From the NCBI RefSeq assembly GCF_009914755.1, contig NC_060946.1: 64,000 nt of DNA; one strand, given 5' to 3'. Below, one piece after another: positions 31,701-45,301 of this stretch. This DNA comes from the human T2T-CHM13v2.0 reference genome, Homo sapiens. The notes beneath the pieces were generated by a model, which had not been told where the DNA came from, ran no database searches, and worked only from the letters and a program-made list of their open reading frames with translations. Position numbers and translations under genes: made by a program. Positions within the stretch are counted from its first letter, which is position 1. Each line of letters begins with the position of its first letter.

Positions 31701-33435
31701 TAAACACACCAACTTTGATGCCAAATCCTAGGCCATCCCACACATCTTAAAAATAAAACAAAAATATGTTATTCCAGCTACCCTCACTCTTTTTGTGGTT
31801 TCCTGCAGTCCAACTAGCTACAAATCTCAAAGCCAAAGATTGTAGCTCCCTCTCTTTTGTTCTTTCATCAAGCCAAGGAGTCCTGCTCCTCTCTCTCTAG
31901 TCTCTCCTGTGTCAGTGCCACTTGTCAACTGCCTAATCCAGCCACGCTGCTCTTCAATATTAAAGGTCTTCAGCATATTTTAAAGTTAGTCTCCTACTGC
32001 CACTCTTTTCCCTACTCTTGCCAGTCCACTCAGTAAACTACTGCCATACAGGTCTCCCACAGCAGTTTCTCACCAGATAAACAATGGCCGGAGATTCCAC
32101 TTTGCCAATCACATCAAGTCCAAACTCCGTGTCTTGGTATCCAAGGCTTCTAAAGTCTGGCCCCACTCCACCTACTCACTCTGACACCCACCACTCCCTC
32201 CAAACATTCCCGGTACGTCTTACTGGATTTTGCCATTTCCTCCAAGTTGACCAGGAGTCATTCACACCTAAAGGCTATGCTTACATCGTTTTCCATCTCT
32301 TGTGTTGGTGAGCTAAAAACAAGATGGAAAAGAAAAAAGAAGAGGAAGAGAGAAAAAGAGAAAAGGAAGAAATGGGGAAAACAGCAATAGGACCAGCTAA
32401 CTCCTACAGCAGAGTCTTGCCAGGCCCTCCCCTAATTGCTTTATATGTGTTACAATGTTTAACCCTCACAACTACAACAGGAGTTGGGTACCATTCCATC
32501 CCCACCTGCAGATGAGTGTGGCACCCCAAGATTAAGTATCTGCCCAGGGTCACGTGAAAAGTCTGCATGCATGCTGAACCATTCCAGCTGCACCACTGCC
32601 CAGGAAAAAAGTCACAGGTAGGAAGACAAGTATAGAATTAAGAACAAGGCAACTAACTGTACCAGGTGCTACAGAAGGGTGGTCAGCCTGGAAAATCAGG
32701 AGGTGCATTCCTTGGGAGATTGCCGCAATCAGAGTCTGGGAGTATGCAGGAGCCTGGCAGGCAGCCCAGGGACAGGTGAGGCACAGGCACTCATTCCCTT
32801 CCATGTGAGAAGTCAGGGCACGTGCAAAGCCAAGGCCAGAGGACAAAGGTGAGCTCGCCAATAGGGCCAATACTGGGTCTGGCTGGAAGGGGAGGGTGGA
32901 CAGAGATGGGTACTAAGAAGTGAAGATGGACAGGCAGGACCAGGTCTTAAAGGGTTTGTGTCTTGCTAAAGATGGACCCTTAATTCCGTGACACATCTAT
33001 TCAACCACTCCTCATTATCTACCTAAATTCTACTGTGCCTTTACAAAGCCCAGTTCAAGTCCTTTTTCCTCTCAGGCCTGTCCTCCCTACTCCTGAGCAA
33101 ACCACAGGTGTGGAGACAGGTCCCAACCACCTGCAGATGACAGAAGGAAGCTGCATCTAGGATCGGTCTACACAGAGGCAAGAAGGGATCCTCCTCCTCT
33201 GCCTTCTCCTTTCATGCTGTTCTTACCTTCTCTCAAAAAGAAAGAAAATACAGTGTCATTGCTTCTTCCCTAAGCTTGTTAAGTCAAAGCAAGTCAAAGC
33301 ATCAGAGCTTCATTACTTGGCTTTTTCTAGCTATAAGTGTCTGGAAAATATCAGGAGTCACTGGCCTCTAGGAATCCATTAAGTTAAAGGAGCTCCATGA
33401 TCTACTATCATAAGATGACAAAGAAAATATGCACT

Positions 33436-33730
33436 TTCTTTGGGAGGCCAAGTTGGGCGAATCACTTGAGGTCAGGAGTTCAAGACCAATCTGGCCAACA
33501 TGGTGAAACCCCGTCTCTACTGAAAACACAAAAATTAGCTGGGCTTGGTGGCAGGCACCTGTAATCCCAGCTACTCAGGAGACTGAGGCAGGAGAATCGA
33601 TTGAACCCTTACCCAGGAGACAGAGGTTGCAATGAGCCGAGATGGCACCACGGCACTCCAGCCTGAGCAACAGTGTGACTCCATCTCAAAAAAAAAAAAA
33701 AAAGAAAGAAAGAAAGGAAGGAAGAAAGAA
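33436..33730 (+). mobile_element. Alu, 5'-truncated, with TSD
   Basis: Flanked by AAGAAAATATGCA(C/T)TTTCT on both sides. Confidence 0.9.
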
Positions 33731-34864
33731 GAAAATATGCATTTTCTCAGGATTAAATAACAAAAAATGCCAAGTTTCTTAGCTCCAGTCAAGAAAATGA
33801 CATCATGTGACAACAGCAGCCATTGCAAGTTTATCAGAAGATGAACAATTACAGATTTTTCATTTCTGAATAAGGAACCATTTACACAGACACATGTATA
33901 ACAAATGTCTGTGCACATCCCGGACTTGTCAAATCTTAACATTTTGCCACACCTGGTTTAGTTTTTTTATTTTTCCTTTCAAGAAAGAAAGCATTACAGG
34001 CTGTGCTTCAATCCCTATTTCACCCCCTTTCAAGCCCCACTATTCCACCCATCCCAGAAATGACAACATCCCGAATTTGGTATTTACCACTCTTGCACAT
34101 TTATTTTTATGCTTTTACTACCTATGTATGTAGCCATAATATATAGAGTTTTTGGATGCTATAAAACTGTTTAAAATGGCATCACACTGTATGCACCCTT
34201 TTGCATCTGTTTTAATTGACAAAACATTTTTGAGGGTAATCCTTGTTGACATATGTCACTCCAGGGCATTCCTTTCAACTGCTTTATACCATGGTCCACT
34301 GTCTGGATAATCATTATCTATAGCACAATGTATTCATTTTCCTACTGATAAATTTTTAAGTGGTTTCCAACTTTTCATTGCAATAAATATTCTTGTAAAT
34401 CTTCATCCAAGGGTATCTTCAACCACACTAGGCATTGCCCAAATTGCTCTGCAACATCAGTGCACCAATTTACATTGCCAAGATCAGTGTTTAAGTGTTT
34501 CTATTCTTTGATGTCTTTGTCAACCTTGGTACTATTTGACTACTACACTTTTCACCAATCAGATATAAGGATGAAATGGTGCCTTCTTGGTATTCTGAAA
34601 ATTAATTTTAAATGGGAAAATAAATTACTAATAAGTGCAGCTTAATCAACAAGAGTTTTCATTAACATGTGGGAATACACCAGGTGTTCCTTGGATTTTC
34701 TTGAAAATTCTACAGGGAGGGTACGGGAGTGACGGTACAGATAAGATTGGACATGAGCTGATAATTGTTGGAACTAGGTGATGAGTGTATGAGGGTTAAT
34801 TATCCTGCTCTCTCCACTTTGGTACATATTTGAAATTTTTCACAATAGAAATTAAAAGAAGAAC

Positions 34865-35257
<393 letters not shown>

Positions 35258-35469
35258 TCACTGCAGCAGACAGCCGTTCAGAATGGGCAGAGAGCAGAGC
35301 TGGCAGGAAGAGAGGACAAAAGGAAGACCAGGAAGGGAAGCCAGGAAAAGAGATTTTGCATTGTGTTATTATTTCAATCAGAAGACTTAGGAACATTATT
35401 TAATTATCAAATTTGTGTGTCTGATGATCCTTTACAACACTGCAGCATCAAATAAAGTGTTATCAGATT

Positions 35470-35705
35470 TCTTTCTTTTTTTTTTTTTTGAGACTGGGTC
35501 TGATTCTGTAGCCCAGGCTGGAGTGCAGGGGTATAATAATAGCTCACTGCAGCTTCAAACTCCTGAGTTTGTTTGTTTGTTTGTCTGTTTGTCTGTTTGT
35601 TTGTTTGGAGAGACAGCGTCTCGAACTCCTGGGCTCCAGTGATCCTCCCACCTCAGCCTCCCAAAGTGCTGGGATTACAAGCATGAGCCACTGTGCCCCA
35701 GCCCA
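35470..35705 (-). mobile_element. Internally deleted AluJ-like element with (TTTG)n
   Basis: Partial Alu consensus. Confidence 0.75.
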
Positions 35706-38529
35706 ACATCTGATTTCAAAAGTACTATTGATATTATAATCACCATTAAAAATCACTGAAGTTTTTGTCACCCAAAGTTTTACTTTGAAATATAGAACAT
35801 TTCATTTTTTTCCCACACACCTCACATCTGCTTTTGATTTTTAACATGTGCATGAATTACCTCTTATTAGAAAAAAAAACACAAAATTTTTTGGTAAAAG
35901 AATTATCTTAAGTGGGTATTTTTTCCCTAAGTCTGAAATGACTTAGTAAGGATAAGAGGTCAAACCATATGCTTTGTAGTGAAACTGCAACTATGATGAA
36001 TAACATTAGAATTCTGGATGCCTTCCAGCAGCTGGAACAGGGCAGACCTGAGGCGGGAGTCCTCATGCTTAGGGGAAGGGGCTCAGGCACTGGGAGTCGG
36101 TCAGGGCTCCCAGGATGTAAAAGATACACATGAAAGAAACAAACAGTGGGACTCGGGCCAGTGCAAAATTTGGCCTGGAACTGAGCTAAAAACTGTCATA
36201 CTGGTGGGAAGAAGCAGATTGGTTCAACAGGGTAACCAAATGTGAAAAAGAAAAGCCTCACAAGAATTAAAATTGATGGTTGGAACTGGGCGCTCCGAGG
36301 CTGTGGGCCGGTGTCCTGCCCCGAAGGGTTTGGCTGCCAGCAGGTGCAGCGCTGCCCTGGGATACCAGCTCCTGGGATGCGCTGTAGTATCATCAATCAC
36401 CGGTGCTGCTCGCTGGGCCTTGGAAGCACACAGTAGTAGCAGATGTCAGCAGGGGGCCACCAGGGCCACCTGCCAGTGAGCCCACTGCTTAGCTGAGTCA
36501 TGGTCAAGTTTCTCTGCAGATTGTTGCCTGAAAATATTTCACCACCTGGAACCTCCCTGTCCCACCCATCTTCACTTGCAATACTCACTCCCCTCACCTC
36601 TGCCCCTAAAGCAATTATTCATTAACCACAGGGATCCACCATCCAGGAACAAAAGAGGCTTGAAAGCTCTATCTGTGCCTGCACTTCTTGGTCCAAAAGG
36701 CGCAGGGGGATGGGGGAGAGGCACCGGGGTCATGGTGCAGGCTCGGCTGTTGAGCCTCATTCCCCAAACACAATGTGACAGGTATCAATAGTTCTGGAGT
36801 TGATCATTTCACAGAAAGGAAACTGCTGTCAACCTGCCCAAGGCCACACAGCTAGTCCTGGATAAATTGACTTAAAGAACCCAGGTCTCTGATTCCCAAA
36901 TCAGTGCTCTTACCCCTCCCACGCCACCTCTCTCTTCTAAAGATCCACCCAATGGAACTGCCCCAGGGCTGGTATCCCAGCTACTTCTCCATTCATGCCG
37001 CAGGTCAATGATTCAGGGCGGACACTCCTCAAGTGACCTTCAGAGGCCCTGACTCACTCCTCCGACAGTCCTTTGTGTCTGGACTCCCAGCCGCTCCTCA
37101 GCAGCTCTGTCCTCTTTTGTACATTTATTACTGTCAGCCTGAGGCTAGCAGGAGGTCTCAATGCCTGGTGATCTGAGGCCAGCCTGTCCCAGGCCCTCCC
37201 AGTCCCGTGAGGTCCTCCTGGGGATGCAGGCACAGCGACTGACAAGGATAAGGAGCAGAAGGGCAGGTGGCTTTCTGGGTGTGAGCTTGGCCTTCTGCCA
37301 CACCCATGCTCAGAAAGGTGTCTACGGGCACGTCTTGTGTTGTCACAGGTGTAGAAAGGGCTTTGACACGCGGCAGATCCTCCAATCCCTGTGAAAGAGG
37401 GATCATTCTTTCTATTATACAGTGAGGACGCTGAAGTCCAGAAAGGTCAGGTGACTGATGAAAGGTCATAAAATTAGCAGGAATCAGGGAAAGGGCAGGA
37501 AAGCAGAGCTTCCAGTTGCAAGGTCAGGACTCTTCAGCCCAGCAGGCGAGTTTGCCAGCCAGTCTGTGCCCTGGTCTCTGCCCTCCCCAAACACGTGCAC
37601 CAATTTGGAGGGGCTGCTCCCAGCACGCATGCTGCAAGATAAACTTCAGTGCTCAGCCCTCTCACTGTGACAACAATCCCTTAGAAAGGGGTCCACGCTG
37701 TCCATCTGGGCCCCTACACCAAAGAACACCTAATTATCAGTGGTCCTCACTCAGGAAACATGCCCACAAATAAAGACAAAAGTAAACCCAACTACACATT
37801 CCTCAAAATCCTCCTCTCCATTTCACAGAAACACCACAACAGAGCAGAACTGCAACCTGATAGCATCCCTGTCTGGTTTTGGCTCTTTCAAAACATCAGG
37901 GACCTCACAGGAAAGCAATGCAGAAAACTGCAGTCATTTGGCCGCTTGTTAAGGAGAGCCCTGAGCAGCAAGCTCCAGACCGGAGATGCGCATATAACAG
38001 CAGCAGTTCCACACAGCCCTGCACAGCAGCAATTCAGCCTCTGGCAGCTGTGATGATGCTGAGGCAGTGTCCCCACTGCCCCAGTGGCTTCTGCATGCAG
38101 GTTCATTTGGGACAGGACACCTCTAACTCCATCTCTGGCCAGGAGCCAGCATAGTAGGTGCCGTGAAAGCCAGGAAGTGAACTGCACAGAATGGACTGTT
38201 CCAGTGTCCATGGGCTGCAAGTGGGTCCCACGTCACCCACAGGTGAATCTTAATTATGAACCAAGGTGACGGCAGAGAGGATGGGCAGCAAAGGAGGGTG
38301 TGTGTGGTGATCAGCCATCAGAGGAGACGGCCCTGTGTGATGAAAGGACCTCCTCAGGAAACCTCCCCACCAGCAACTGGCTCCAAATGGTCAGACTTTC
38401 CAAGAAATTCCTGTGAAAAGGACAGGCTCAGGGCATGTGAATGTGATAGTCAGCAATTCGCACCTCAGCAGCCAGTGACACTATGGTATAGGGAAAAGAA
38501 CCTAGATTAGGCATCAAAAGTACCCGGTC

Positions 38530-39145
38530 CCCTTCATACATGGCTGGTGGGGAGGTAGGATGGTGCAGCCACTTTGGAAAACAGTCTGGTAGTTTCTTTC
38601 AAAGTTATCAAATGACCCAGCAATCCCACTCCTAAGTATTTACTCAAGAGAAATAAAACCTGTGTCCACACAAAGACTTGTACACATCCTAATAGCTGTA
38701 TTCATAGTAGCCCCAAACTGGAAACAACCCAAATGCCCATCAGTTTGTGAAGAGATGGACAAAATGTGCTATATCCATAAAACGGAACCCTACTCAGCAA
38801 TAAAAAGGTGTGAACTAGATACACACAAGAACATGGAGGGATCTCAAAAGCACTGTGCTGAGCGAGAGAAGCCAGATTCAAAGGGCTACACACTGTAGGA
38901 TGCCATGTGCATCACATTCTGTACAGTGCAAAACTGTAGTGGCAGGATTCAGGTCCCCTGAGGCTGGGGTCCTGGAGGCAGGAGAGAGGCTGGTAGCAAG
39001 GAGGCACAAGGGAACTTTCTGGGGACAGAGGAGTGGTCCATATTTGATAGGTGGTGGTTATGTGGCTGCTCATGTTTGTCAACAAAGAATTACATATTTT
39101 AAACTGGTGAGTTCCGTTGTATGCAAGCAAATTATACCACAATGA
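38530..39145 (+). mobile_element. Old L1M (MB/MC-like) 3' region
   Basis: GGTGCAGCCACTTTGGAAAACAGTCTGG...GACCCAGCAATCCCACTCCTAAGTATTTACTCAAGAGAAAT... Confidence 0.8.
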
Positions 39146-41415
39146 AGCAAATCTTTAAAACACTAGGTTCCTTTTCTTTATCTAGAGCTCAAAGTAGTGG
39201 CCCATGCTGGCTATGACTTGGAGAAATCACACAAGCTTACTGGGTCTCAACTGCTTCATTTGTACAGGTGGCTGCATAACACTCCCCGGGCAGGGGAACT
39301 GTAGGGATGAAATCAGCAAATGTGAGTGAACACACAGAGGAAGCAACACATAGGCCTTCCCCAAATACCCACTTCTGTTTTCTTTCCTCAGTGTGAGTAA
39401 GTGGCTCTAATGATCCACAAACCTTCCAACCAGCCAAGTCAAGGACCAGCAGGAGGACTCAGGAAAGTACTGAAATGCTGGGGAGAACCAGGACAGCGGC
39501 TGAGCACAGCCAGACAGGGAGGGCAGCCTGGTGGGGCCCTGGGAGCCATGGACGCGACTGCGCTGGGAGTGGGGATGGGAGATAGCAGGAGTTGGTGGGT
39601 GGGGCACAAAGTGGGAGCCAGGGCCAAATTGCTGCTGATTTGACCATTTTGCAAAAGGCCAGCCTGGCTGTGGCCTCAGGCCTCTCATTTCCTCTACCAT
39701 AATGAGGGGTCACGGAAGTGCCTTCCCACAACTGCAGCATCTCCCTCCACATTTGGGCTCAAATACAGAGTGGGGCCGGAGACAGAAAAAGTCTCCGTGA
39801 CACACTGTGATTTGTTTCTGCACTGTGTGAACCCTTGGCTCTGTGACACAGAACACAGGTTTCAGCAGTTCCTGTCACTTCCCACAGGCGAAACAGACAG
39901 AGCATTCTTTTGTCCGGCTTCTGGTGAAACGCCATTATCGTTATTTTTAGGAGGAAGATGGAGAATTGGGGTGGGTCCCCACAAAGAGGATGGATTCAGG
40001 AGACTTCCAGGAACCTTAAACGGCTTGGAAACTAATTGTGCCAGTTCTTTTTGATGTCTAATTTTACTCTAAAATTTCCTCTCAGCACAATATATTAATA
40101 CTGATCAGCCAAGAGAAGGTTAGGTTTTGGCTCACAAATAGTCAAGGAGAGAATCTCCTTCATTCATTGAGAAGGCAGAAGATGGCGTTAAAGAGTATTC
40201 ACAGGTAACTAAGATTGCCAGAGGGAGAATCGAGTGAGTTGTCAGTGGTGAAATACAGAGGAGGTAGAGAGAGCTACACTGAGACAACAAAGGCAGCTTA
40301 AGGGAACAAAGCCAGCTAAGGGAACAAAGCCGGGGTCCCTCAGGTCTGTGGCCACCGGCTCCAGCCAGGACAGCCTGGTAGCTGAAGAGCACGTCCTTGC
40401 CCGTTACATGCCTGTGTTTCAAGTGATGCTAACTTGCTAATGCAGATATCTCCCCAAACCCTGCCCCTGGCTCACCACCCAGTGAGCAATCACTCACTTT
40501 CCCCAGGACACCTTCAGGGAGGTACTCTGCCAGCACCGCACACTTAAACAGCTACTGCAGGTTCTTCTCTCAGACGCAGCACGGTTCCTGAGATGACGTC
40601 AGCGCTGCTCGCTGAAAGCACCAGGCAAGGAGGCAAAACAAAGGAAATCCTAAAGAGCAGGCGAGAGAACAGTGGAACTGGCAGAGAGAGGCACTGGTGC
40701 GGATGGAGAGGGCAGCAATAAAAACTGGGGGACACTTAGAGGCAAAGGTATGGCAGGTGACAAAAAAGATGAGCTGAAGCTCAGGAGAGACCCAGGCAGC
40801 GATGCCCAAATGACCGGCTGAGGAATCACCTCACTGCTGCTGATGCCCTTGACAGCGATGTCTGAGGCTGGCGTGAGTGCTCCATGCTCAGAGATACCTA
40901 GAACCCAGCTACAATGGCCTTATCAGACTGAAACAAGAACACCAAGATATTCCAAGGGAGGTGACAATGGGGTCCAAAGGTTGTGCATTTATGGATCACA
41001 ACTATGTGCTGAGTGTGGCCCAAATCCCAGCTCCATATGGTCACACCATGTCTACAGCCAATCAGCTGACCGGGGTGGCAACCCCTGGCTCTGCTCAACA
41101 ATAATGACAACCATCATTTACTGAGCACTTACTATGTGCCAGACCGATGCTAAGTGCTTTCCTCAGATGTTTCCATTTAACTCTTAGAATCACCCTAATG
41201 AGTATCTCCTATTATTTTACAGATGAGGAAATGAGAGTTTAGAAAAGTAACTTGCAAAATCATACTGCTGGCTCCATAACAAATGTTGATTGAATGTTGT
41301 CTGGGTGGACAGAGGCAAGGATGACCGGAACGAGACAAACAAACAAAAGGCTGACTGACAGACCATTCGGGTAGCACTTTTCCTGGGATTAAGCTTAGAC
41401 CTTGTAGGCCTATCA

Positions 41416-41897
<482 letters not shown>

Positions 41898-44800
41898 TCA
41901 AACTTATCAAGAAAAGCTCCAGAGAGGCCAGTGCCAGCAATGCCGGCTGTCTCCCAAGTCTGAAGGGTTTTCCTCTGGGTATTAGGAGTTGAGGTGTTTG
42001 GTTAGAGAAGAAACAGGATGCACGGGAGATCACACACAGAGTAAGAGGTGCCTCTCAAATGCCTTTCCCACGTTTCTAACTCTGCTTTTTTTAAAGCACG
42101 ATCAGACCCGCCATCTGCACTTTTACCTGCTGCCTGACGAAAACCAGATGCCAAAGGCCTCCCAGCACTCACGGGGCCCTTTACCCTTAGGAAAACACCG
42201 TGATTCAGCCAGGCGAGATTGATGCAACATCGTAACAAAGCGTATGCAAAGTGCCTAGCTCCGGACTGCTTGCAGAAAAGGCACATTTTGACTCTTCTGA
42301 GAGTGGGAAAGATTTGAAAGATGGGATTTGCACCTTATTCTTATTCAAGTCTGGAGATCTGGAACTTCTTCCTGAAGCTCCATGTTTAGCCAGATAATTG
42401 AGACGCTCCACCTGGTCACCACCGGACACCAGCCACCCAAACATTCTCCTCTGCAAGGCACTTGGCATTCTGGTGCCTGTGGAGAGAGCAGCCTTCTCAC
42501 TAGCACAGCTCATGAACAAGGATCCCCTTCCCTGGACAGCCAAGATGTAAACCTGCCCCCAGAAACACTGAGAGTCCTAGAGGTAGAATGAGTCGGCCAG
42601 CAAGCTCCAGCCCATTGAATGCAGACCCCTGAGCAAATCAAGTCAGGAGAAGGTGGACAACTGTACCCTGAAGACCACATACCACCCAGACCCAACACAA
42701 ATAGCTGTCAGCACTGCCACCCATTACAGCTTCAGATCTCGCTTCTACCAGCATTTCCCAGCTGAGCAACAACCGTCAAAGTCTGGTCCTGGAAGGACAG
42801 CCCTCCCCGTCTTGGCAGCCACACTTTCTGGCCCTAGCCCAAGGCTGCTGTGGCATGGGAGGAATCAATGGAGGAATACATGGCTCTTCCCTGGTTCCTT
42901 CCTCTCCCACTTCATTGACTAACACTAGTCACATGGCCCCAACTGAACTGTGAGGGAGGCTGGAAAATCTGGAGTATGTGCATGCCTAGTGAGTTGCCTC
43001 TACCACATCCTCTTAACCCTTGGCCTCTCATTCCCAAAGTCTAGCCCTATTTTCAAATGAATTCAACGCCTCATTACTTAGATCTTTCCTCATTACCTCA
43101 AAGCCATAGTGGCAAAAAGCAAACAGCATCTTCCTAAAATCTTCCTCTTCCATCTTCCTCTCCTAGATATCCATCTTACCCTTCTTTGCCAGTTAATTTA
43201 TTACAATCTTCCTTTGACAGCTTCACTCCCTCCCCGCACTGCTATCAACTCAAATGTGAGTTATTTCAGTAGCTTGAGCTTGTCACTGGCCTTTTACTTT
43301 TTTCCCCTTCCAAAGAACCTGGTACCCAGCTACTTAATCCTTATCCTTCTTCCCAAGGCCCACTTTCATTCCTTTCTCCCCCATTCATGAGCCTGCAATA
43401 CTTTTCCCGCTGCATAAGTCACGTGTCACCATATAAACTCACAATTTGAGGTGCTCTAGAATCTGTCCATGGAATTAGTCAGGACATAATCTCCCTGTTT
43501 TTTGGCAGTGCCACATCCATACCTGTCTTCACAGGTTTGCTCATGCCACCATTCCTTTCCCCAGAACGCCCTTCTGCTCCTCCCACACAAATCCTAATCC
43601 TCCCTCAGGACCCATTTAAAATACAATCTCCTCACTCAACTCTTTCCTACCAACTTGCTTTCCCCTCTCCTTTCTGCCTTACCACAAAGCTAAGCTCTGT
43701 CTCTGAATAATGTGCTTTTTGATGATAATCTGAATGGTACAAGAAGAAATCCTATTTCATGCTCCTTTGAGGGAGTGTCTAATATAGGTTGCCTTCGACT
43801 ATAAGTAGTAGAAAATTCCCACTCAACTGGCTTCAACAGTGAGGACAAAATGTATGGAGATTGGACGCTTCAGTCTTCAGGGGCTTGGCCCTCAGGGTTT
43901 TTCCCATCTCTTCCCGTCTGCTGGCCTCAACAAACCTGCTTTCCTCATTGCAACAAGATGGCTGCTTCACGTCCGAGAATCTAGTGAAAGAAGCTGTCCC
44001 TTCTGCATTTCCTTTTACAAGGAAAAACATCTTTCCCAGCATCTCCCAGCAGACTTCTCATACCTCAGTGGCCAAAACCATGTCTAAACTACGGGCCTCC
44101 AGGATGGGCTCAGCTCAATCAGCACATACCCTAGAGCTGGAGGCAGGGTCACCTTTCCTTGAGTGGCGTGTGGGAGAGGTGTGGCATCCAACCCAACTGG
44201 GTCCTGCCAGCAGGAAGAGAAAAGAAGAGCCACTGTAGGTAACCAATCACGTCTACCACAGGCAGGGACCAATACCACATATCTGTGTTTCCCCTCACTT
44301 GCCACCCCCATCCTGTGCTGGCAGATGAGGATGCTCAACAAATAGCTGTGGAACTACAAATTATCCTGTGGGTGTGAGAAAAGAGTGTGCATTATAATAG
44401 GGTGGTACAATTGGACATGTGTGCACGGAAAATGGAAAAACAGCCATGAAATCCAAACAGATGCAAAAACGTTCTTAACACAGAAGGTTTGGGAAGCTCT
44501 GATCTAAGCCCTAGCCTGGGCCCTACTCCCAGTTCCACAGATAGGGAGCAGGCCCCAGGCCAGAGTGCTGGGCTTCTCCCAGCAGGATCCAGCTGGGGCT
44601 TTCTCCTCAGTTCAACCCTTGCCTCTGAGGACCAGTGGTCTACAGTCCAGCCCACAACCCTTCAGACAGAAGTTCCAGGCACAAAAAGGAAGCTCACAAT
44701 AAGGAACGCCCATGCCTAGCCATAACTGAGCGCATCACAGACTCACACAAATCTGTGGAATGAGTGCATGATCTCATGAGCTCTGGTCTGGAAAAGTAAG

Positions 44801-45226
44801 TCTCCCTACACTAGGACTTAAAGGGAAGGCTTCTTTGGCTATGCCAATATCTTTCCTGCCACTTTCTTCTTCAGGCCAAACAGCTCCTATCCCTGCCTTC
44901 CATCTTAGCTTTCCAGCATACTCTTCCCAGGTTCTTTGGGCTACTGACAAGCACTCCAGACCCAAATACACATGCTCCCACCTGAGGCTGGGAAATGTAC
45001 CAAGAACTGCATAGAAAATATACTGGACAAAAGGCACTCCAGTCTCACAGATCTCCAGTCCCACAGTCTATATCACCAGTTTTAGCTGTTTGAAGTTTTA
45101 GAATTCCTTTTCAAAACCATAGCTAGCATTTCTTTGGCTAGAGAAAACTGTGTGAAATGCAGCCTACCATAGGATCACTGATTACAACATGCATTCAACA
45201 TTCAATACATATTGACTGAGCAACTA

Positions 45227-45301
45227 TTAGGTTGAACTATGTGACATTATTGACATTCGACTGCTTCTGACCTATCAAAATGGCAATAAAGCTCAACTTA
45301 A
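45227..45301. mobile_element. MADE2 mariner-derived MITE
   Basis: TA|TTAGGTTGAAC...TTGACATTCGACTGCTTCTGACCTATCAAAATGGCAAT...CTCAACTTAA|TA, about 75 bp with inverted termini. Confidence 0.7.
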